From Breznakia sp. PF5-3 (lineage in GTDB: Bacteria; Bacillota_I; Bacilli_A; Erysipelotrichales; Erysipelotrichaceae), in contig NZ_JAQFIQ010000011.1 in the NCBI RefSeq assembly GCF_029504745.1, positions 22,607-54,606 on the forward strand: 32,000 nt of DNA. Direction: 5' to 3'. Every line of letters starts with the position of its first letter. The first letter of the stretch is position 1. Below are positions 26,801-32,000 of the stretch, piece after piece. The translations under genes and the position numbers were made by a program. The notes under the pieces were generated by a model that did not search any database, was not told where the DNA came from, and saw nothing but the letters and a program-made list of their open reading frames with translations.

Positions 26801-27293
26801 TAGTGATATGTAATTTTGAATAGTAACAAAACCAAGAGTGAGGGTAAGTTTGTTGCCCCATGGTTTTAGTGATATGTAATTTTGAATAGTAACAAAACAA
26901 CATCAACATCTAATCTTGCGTCCAATTCGTTTTAGTGATATGTAATTTTGAATAGTAACAAAACGAAAGTCAACTTCTTCCATCCATCTGACCAGTTTTA
27001 GTGATATGTAATTTTGAATAGTAACAAAACTAAAAATCTAATCGTCATTTGTCCGCAAGAGTTTTAGTGATATGTAATTTTGAATAGTAACAAAACTCTA
27101 TTGAAAAATTTTCATACCAAGTCGTTGTTTTAGTGATATGTAATTTTGAATAGTAACAAAACCATAAGAATGATTAAATGTCAAATATTTAAGTTTTAGT
27201 GATATGTAATTTTGAATAGTAATAAAACTGCAGTAAAAGATTTAGAAGATGGGGATTGTTTTAGTGATATGTAATTAATGAATATTTGAAAAA
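23831..27293 (+). CRISPR. Type II-A CRISPR array: 53 repeats (36 bp, GTTTTAGTGATATGTAATTTTGAATAGTAACAAAAC), 52 spacers
   Basis: The repeats were enumerated by hand. 51 are identical, repeat 52 (27193-27228) has a C30T change, and repeat 53 (27258-27293) degenerates after nt 19. There are 45 spacers of 30 nt, 6 of 29 nt and 1 of 31 nt. The degenerate end is distal to csn2, so the array is read on the + strand. Confidence 0.99.
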
Positions 27294-27322
27294 GAGGCAG
27301 TAATTTATTATAAATTACTACC
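27289..27322 (-). terminator. Intrinsic terminator of the WYL regulator gene, which also closes the CRISPR trailer
   Basis: The minus strand reads GGTAGTAATTTATAATAAATTACTGCC followed by TCTTTTTC. The stem is 11 bp with one mismatch (27296-27322). Confidence 0.6.
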
Positions 27323-27327
27323 ACCAT

Positions 27328-28299
27328 TTAATCATATTTTTTTATTGCAGATTTTAAAATGCTTTTAATTTCCGTTTTGATTTCTGCTGGCTCTAAAACA
27401 GTACAATATTTTAAATATTGCAAAGACCAGTAAATGATTCCTTCTTTACTAGATGTGATTTTGGCTATAAATGTGTTTTTATCTTTTTCTTCCTTAATAA
27501 ATGTATTAGTACCAAATGTATCTATTACATCATCTAATATGGTATTGTTACAGCGGAGTAATACATTTACCTCATTACCACTGTACATGTATAATTTAGA
27601 TGTTATATATTCATAAGAGTTAAATTCTTCTTCGTAGAAAAAGGATTTTTCTTTTTCTATGATAATATCTTTCATTTTATCAACTCGATAGTGGGATAAG
27701 TTTTTATATTTTTCATTGAATGATATTAAATAGCAACAACCATTAGCATAGACAATATCATAAGGAGATACTTCATATTGTTTTTCTCTACGTGGTATTC
27801 TTTCTTTTTTGTGATTGTATTTTGTATATATGAAATTGATGGGTTTACGAGCTTGTATCGCTTCTAGTAACAAATCAATATTTAAAAAGAATTGTTTATT
27901 TTGAGATTTTCTATAATTCTTTGCATATACTCTATTTTTAAAATCATTTGCAACATATTTATTTTGAGTAGACAATAGTTTATTAATTAAGTCTTTGCTT
28001 AAAGAGTCTGGAATAATATGAGAAGAGTGAATACTATGGCACAATAGGTTAATTTCACTTCTTTCAAATTGTCGATCAATCAAATAATAACCAATTCCGT
28101 TGTCTTTATAATCACTGATATCATACCCAAAATTCTGCAAGAGTTTTATATTGCTATATAAAGTTCTTCTTTCAATATTCATGGAATATTTTATTTCTAA
28201 TAATTTAAGAATTTCTTCTTTTCTTAAAATATGATTTTCATCACTTTCATGTATTAAAATATCTAATAAAGCTAATACTAAAGACTTCTTTTCTTCCAT
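27328..28299 (-). CDS. WYL-domain transcriptional regulator (wHTH-WYL-C-terminal extension; BrxR/CapW-like architecture)
   Basis: 323 aa. N-terminal wHTH (LLDILIHESDENHILRKEEILKLLEIKYSMNIERRTLYSNIKLL). Central WYL-like segment YEVSPYDIVYANGCCYLISFNEKYKNLSHYRVDKMKDI. Confidence 0.8.
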   Translation of the reverse strand: MEEKKSLVLALLDILIHESDENHILRKEEILKLLEIKYSMNIERRTLYSNIKLLQNFGYDISDYKDNGIGYYLIDRQFERSEINLLCHSIHSSHIIPDSLSKDLINKLLSTQNKYVANDFKNRVYAKNYRKSQNKQFFLNIDLLLEAIQARKPINFIYTKYNHKKERIPRREKQYEVSPYDIVYANGCCYLISFNEKYKNLSHYRVDKMKDIIIEKEKSFFYEEEFNSYEYITSKLYMYSGNEVNVLLRCNNTILDDVIDTFGTNTFIKEEKDKNTFIAKITSSKEGIIYWSLQYLKYCTVLEPAEIKTEIKSILKSAIKKYD

Positions 28300-28396
28300 A
28301 GTTTTACTCTCTTTCTGTTGTAATTATAAAATAACACATGGCACAAATAATGTACAGATGGGTTGATAAAATAAAGTGGTAAAAGGAGGATTTATT

Positions 28397-28681
28397 ATGT
28401 TTATTACAATAGTTGGAATACAACAGTGTTTAGGGATAGATTTGTTTCGAGTTGGAGCTAATTTTCAATTGGAAAAGGATCCAACCAACATATATGATGA
28501 AGAAGCTATTTGTGTGAAAAATATAGATGATGTAGTTGTTGGATACGTGGCTAATAGTGTGCGTACGGTTGCTAAAGGGTGTAGAAGTGCAGGAAGAATT
28601 TATGATTTTATTGAGGATAATCAAATAATTGAAGTTCGCTTTATTGTAGGGAAATCAGTAATTGCAGAAATTAGACAATAG
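28397..28681 (+). CDS. Small HIRAN-domain protein
   Basis: 94 aa from ATG 28397 (AAAGGAGGA SD; the ORF-track start at 28376 is a GTG). The pattern VGIQ..G......VG..F.LEKDPTNIYDEEAICVKN....VVGYVA fits HIRAN (V.G..y........G..v.L.repdNpyD.nAi.V......iGyv). Confidence 0.55.
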   Translation: MFITIVGIQQCLGIDLFRVGANFQLEKDPTNIYDEEAICVKNIDDVVVGYVANSVRTVAKGCRSAGRIYDFIEDNQIIEVRFIVGKSVIAEIRQ

Positions 28682-28744
28682 AAATTGAAATTTGATTTTG
28701 AATGAAAGTACTTAATTATATAATTATTTGAGGGGGATGATAAT

Positions 28745-29536
28745 ATGAAATTTTCAGAACTTATGTGGATTACAATAATTGGAGTATTAATTATGATAAT
28801 TATTGCGTATATGGATTCGAAGTATTTAAAGCAAAGTATAAGTAGGCATATTGAATCTAATAACCCAATAATTGGATTATATTCAAAAATATTTATTGCA
28901 ATAATAACCACTGCTATTGCAATACAAGCAAATTCAATAATGGAACAGCAAAATAGAGATAGTATTAAAGAAACAGCACCATTATTTGAAATATCTAAAA
29001 TAAATAACTATGAAGACAAAAGATATGAAGAAGTTTTCAAACTAGAAAATTCAAAAGGAATAGCATCATATTTGAATTTTCGAAGATTTGATAGGTATAG
29101 TTTTTCATATCAAGGTAATAGTGTAGAACATACTATGCTAATAAGAAATATTGCTTCAGATAAGGATGATGGTGAAAATGAATGGTACTATATTCCTGAA
29201 GTGCAAAAATTAGATGAAAATGAAATAGTTGGATTGTTTGAAAAATACATATTGGAAAAAACTGGAGAGAAAATTATCATATATCATGAAAGATATTATC
29301 AAGTTGATTTTGTCGATTATAAAAACGAGATGTTTAATTACTATTTTACTTATAATAACCAAACAAAATTAGCCTTTATTGATAGTGAATCATATTATAA
29401 TTATCATGGAATAAGGCAGGGAGCACCTTATGGAGGCGGTTTTGTGGTAACAAATAATGATGATATCGAAAAAGAAGTCGAATTTTTTGTTGATAATATG
29501 ATTGCTTACTATAATAGTAGAAATTATTCTAATTAA
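28745..29536 (+). CDS. Membrane-anchored protein of unknown function (two N-terminal TM helices plus a ~190-aa soluble domain)
   Basis: 263 aa. GAGGGGGA SD. Hydrophobic helices LMWITIIGVLIMIIIAYM and IFIAIITTAIAIQANSI. No motif was recognised in the remainder. A 63-nt gap separates it from the HIRAN gene, with no terminator between them. Confidence 0.6.
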   Translation: MKFSELMWITIIGVLIMIIIAYMDSKYLKQSISRHIESNNPIIGLYSKIFIAIITTAIAIQANSIMEQQNRDSIKETAPLFEISKINNYEDKRYEEVFKLENSKGIASYLNFRRFDRYSFSYQGNSVEHTMLIRNIASDKDDGENEWYYIPEVQKLDENEIVGLFEKYILEKTGEKIIIYHERYYQVDFVDYKNEMFNYYFTYNNQTKLAFIDSESYYNYHGIRQGAPYGGGFVVTNNDDIEKEVEFFVDNMIAYYNSRNYSN

Positions 29537-29539
29537 GCA

Positions 29540-29588
29540 AAAAAGATAGTTTCTTTGATTGCAATCAATCATTAGAAGCTATCTTTTT
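29540..29588. terminator. Bidirectional intrinsic terminator between convergent genes
   Basis: AAAAAGATAGTTTCT (29540-29554) pairs with AGAAGCTATCTTTTT (29574-29588): 15 bp with one G.U, and an A5/T5 tract on either side. The inner palindrome is TTGATTGCAATCAA. Confidence 0.75.
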
Positions 29589-29598
29589 ATTAATGTGA

Positions 29599-30036
29599 TT
29601 ATTCAATTAAAGGTACACAAAATTCACACATGTGATTTTTGATTTTCCTCATAGTGTATCTTTCTAAAATTGGTCTTTGATAATCTATATTTAAATTAGC
29701 AGTTAATTCTTTTATATTTTCCCAAAAGCTATGAACGCCTTCTTGGGTATGTTCTACTTCAAAAATGGCATAGAGTCCATCATCAATTTTTCTAGTCTTT
29801 AATCCCTCTACTCCATCTTCACCTGTAATCAATCCGACATCATATCTTAGTTGATTGGGCGGGGTATTATTAGGATCATCCAATGCGATTCCTAAGATAA
29901 CTAATTGGTCATTAAAAAGGTCTTTGGACTTTATATGTTCTTTTAATGATTCCATTAGTTCTATATTCTTTGAACCATAAGGTCCAATTCTTCGCATATA
30001 ACTTATAGTTATATTTGTAAACTTTTCTTTTCTCAT
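29599..30036 (-). CDS. GyrI-like (SOUL/AraC effector-binding type) small-molecule-binding domain protein
   Basis: 145 aa. ISYMRRIGPYGS...LGIALDDPNNTPPNQLRYDVGL...IDDGLYAIFEVEHTQEG...FWENI...PILERY...CEFCVPL follows the GyrI-like domain pattern. Confidence 0.6.
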   Translation of the reverse strand: MRKEKFTNITISYMRRIGPYGSKNIELMESLKEHIKSKDLFNDQLVILGIALDDPNNTPPNQLRYDVGLITGEDGVEGLKTRKIDDGLYAIFEVEHTQEGVHSFWENIKELTANLNIDYQRPILERYTMRKIKNHMCEFCVPLIE

Positions 30037-30191
30037 AAACTTTTCTCCATTTCTAATTTGCTGATGTCGACTTCAACAATTGCATCATAAGTGCTATTAA
30101 AATGAATTTCAACTTAATTTTTAAAAAGATGATTTATAATCAAAGGAAAAGAAGTAATGAAACTTAATAATTCAAATAAATAAAATATAAA

Positions 30192-30220
30192 TTGACAAAC
30201 TGGTTATAACCAGTTATTAT
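30192..30220 (+). promoter_or_regulatory. Promoter (TTGACA - 17 nt - TATTAT) with a perfect 16-bp palindromic operator filling the spacer
   Basis: -35 TTGACA at 30192-30197. ACTGGTTATAACCAGT at 30199-30214 is a perfect palindrome of GntR/HutC-type TGGT...ACCA shape. -10 TATTAT at 30215-30220. Confidence 0.6.
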
Positions 30221-30307
30221 GATGGTGAAGGCAGAGAAATATTATTTCTTTGAGTTTGTAGTAGAAAAGTTAGAAGTATTGAGAGAACAATCATATTTTT
30301 TTACATT

Positions 30308-30323
30308 AACTGGTTATGACGTT
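30308..30323 (+). promoter_or_regulatory. Possible second, degenerate operator copy next to the RBS
   Basis: AACTGGTTATGACGTT shares the left half-site AACTGGTTA with the upstream palindrome, but its right half is degenerate. Confidence 0.3.
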
Positions 30324-30348
30324 ATGATGTTTAGAAAGGAGGTGTTGT

Positions 30349-31083
30349 ATGAAAAAGCATTTGGAACTTTATGAAAAAGTGAAAAGTCAAATGGAGAGTC
30401 AGATGGCAGATGATGGTGGAATCGAAGAAGCAGCTAGATGTTGTGCAAATTCAATCATGAAAGATCGACTCATTCATGTGTATGGCTGTGGACATTCGCA
30501 AATGTTTGCGATGGAGATTTTCTATCGAGCAGGGGGACTTGTGCCTGTCAATGCGATATTGTTACCGCATGTGGCACTTTCACCCAAAGCAAAGCTTAGT
30601 ACTTTCCAAGAGCGTGTTGAGGGATTCTCTCAACTAGCTTTAGAGCAATATGATACACATGAAGATGACACAATGATGATTATTTCTATTTCAGGTAGAA
30701 ATGCTTCGGTTATCGATATGGCTTTGGCTGCTAAGGCAAAGGGAATGAAAGTTATTGCTTTAACTTCAAAAGCATTTAGCGATAAAGTTACATCACGACA
30801 TTCAAATGGGAAAAACCTTATTGATGTTGTTGATGTTGTAATTGATATTAAATGTGAATATGGAGATGCATGTTTGAGTTTGCCAAATTATAAGAGCAAG
30901 TTTACGGGAACAAGTACAATTCTTGGAATGTTGGCAATGGATTGTATCACTTCAAGAACAATCGAACTTTGTTATGAAGAACATGTTGAACCACCAGTGT
31001 TCATAAGTTCTAATACAGATGGGGGAGATGAAGTAAATCTTGCTCACTTATCTCGATATAAACATATGGTTGATGGATTTTAA
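30349..31083 (+). CDS. SIS (sugar isomerase/phosphosugar-binding) domain protein, UPF0309-like
   Basis: 244 aa. ...IHVYGCGHSQMFAMEIFYRAGGL...MMIISISGRNASVIDMALAAKAKGMKVIALTS fits a SIS fold pattern. GGAGG SD. Confidence 0.8.
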   Translation: MKKHLELYEKVKSQMESQMADDGGIEEAARCCANSIMKDRLIHVYGCGHSQMFAMEIFYRAGGLVPVNAILLPHVALSPKAKLSTFQERVEGFSQLALEQYDTHEDDTMMIISISGRNASVIDMALAAKAKGMKVIALTSKAFSDKVTSRHSNGKNLIDVVDVVIDIKCEYGDACLSLPNYKSKFTGTSTILGMLAMDCITSRTIELCYEEHVEPPVFISSNTDGGDEVNLAHLSRYKHMVDGF

Positions 31084-31143
31084 CTTGTATTAAATACTAC
31101 TATAGGCTGATGAACTTCAGATGAATGAAAGAGGTGAATAGGG

Positions 31144-31893
31144 ATGAAAGCATGGGAATCGTATTTTGACGTCATGCAAGGTGTAATTGATAAAATTAAG
31201 CAAACGCAAGGAGACAATATTATGCGTGCTGCTGAGCTTCTTGCAAAGACGACTGAACAAGGTGGATTAATTTATGGCTTTGGTGTTGGTCACTCGTATC
31301 ATGTGATTGGTGATGCGTTTTGGCGGGCTTCAACACCAGCAAATTACTATGCCATTGTTGAGCAGAGTGCTACTGGTAGTACAGAGATTACCAAAAGTAA
31401 TTGGGTAGAAAATACATATGATCTTGGTAGATATGTTGTAGATTATCATCGTATTACACCAAACGATTGTATGATTATTATTTCTAACTCTGGTAATAAT
31501 ATTATGCCAGTAGATGCAGCAATACGCGCAAAAGAGAAGGGAATACCAGTGATTGCCATTACCGCAGTAGATTATAGTGAATATTTAAAAACGAGACATC
31601 GTGATAATGTGAAACTAAAAGATATTGCAGATGTGGTATTGGATAACTGCTCACTTATAGGTGATGCAGCAGTTGAAATTGATGGATTTGGAATGAAGGT
31701 AGGTGCTACAAGCACCATACCAAATGTGTTCTTACAAAATGTTATTTTATGTCAAATGGTTGAATTGCTAGTAGAAAAAGGGATTGAACCAGATGTTTAT
31801 TATAATGGACACTTGACGCTTATGGATGAAAAATACACAAAACATAATCAAAAAATGGTGGATAAATATTTCTATAAGATTCGTAATCTATAA
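31144..31893 (+). CDS. SIS domain protein, paralogue of the preceding gene
   Basis: 249 aa. ...IYGFGVGHSYHVIGDAFWRA...MIIISNSGNNIMPVDAAIRAKEKGIPVIAITA has the same motif order as 30349-31083. Confidence 0.8.
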   Translation: MKAWESYFDVMQGVIDKIKQTQGDNIMRAAELLAKTTEQGGLIYGFGVGHSYHVIGDAFWRASTPANYYAIVEQSATGSTEITKSNWVENTYDLGRYVVDYHRITPNDCMIIISNSGNNIMPVDAAIRAKEKGIPVIAITAVDYSEYLKTRHRDNVKLKDIADVVLDNCSLIGDAAVEIDGFGMKVGATSTIPNVFLQNVILCQMVELLVEKGIEPDVYYNGHLTLMDEKYTKHNQKMVDKYFYKIRNL

Positions 31894-32000
31894 AATGAAC
31901 TTTTGAAAGACAAACTATTAGATGTCAATAGCTAAATAAAATTAACTATAATCTATCAAAAAAGTGCAATTGTCTTGCTTCAGAGGTGAATCCTCTATAA

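Noticed and set aside
23692-26909. Several minus-strand ORFs (102, 72, 73, 106, 65 and 88 aa) with the recurring peptides FCYYSKLHITKT / FVTIQNYISLK.
   Set aside because: They are translations of the 36-bp CRISPR repeat read on the opposite strand. Their periodicity equals the 66-bp repeat-spacer unit, so they are not genes.
28339-28356. A sigma-54-like TGGCAC (28339-28344) in the WYL/HIRAN divergent intergenic region.
   Set aside because: The -12 element TTGC is absent at the required 5-nt spacing (the sequence is AAATAATGT).

Overview
An AT-rich, Bacillota-like chromosomal segment. Gene calls rest on motif recognition by eye; no database search was run. The window opens with the 3' two-thirds of guaA (3-1091) and closes with a GyrI-like gene and two tandem SIS-domain genes behind a palindromic operator (29.6-31.9 kb). 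The ~28.5 kb between them reads as a defence island built on a dead integrative element. In order it contains: (1) a translationally coupled DUF262 + small HEPN gene pair; (2) a tyrosine-recombinase pseudogene split by an IS21-family element (istA/istB, perfect 23-bp terminal inverted repeats), followed by a frameshifted SSB-like gene; (3) an HTH controller, an m5C methyltransferase, a McrB-like AAA+ protein and a LlaJI.R2/McrC-like nuclease, i.e. a LlaJI/BsuMI-type R-M system; (4) a promoter-terminator unit for a ~80-nt RNA, followed by a polytopic KAP-family P-loop NTPase; (5) a full-length GmrSD (DUF262-DUF1524) with a DUF4357-like tail, followed by an AbiH/SIR2-like protein; (6) a complete type II-A CRISPR-Cas locus with a minus-strand tracrRNA, cas9, cas1, cas2, csn2, an ATTTGAG leader and 53 repeats/52 spacers; (7) a WYL-domain regulator divergent from a HIRAN-domain gene plus a membrane-protein gene. 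The items most worth a second look are the DUF262+HEPN pair, the RNA/KAP NTPase unit, the WYL-HIRAN-membrane cassette, and the spacer content of the array (two exact duplicates and four variant pairs that hit the same targets).
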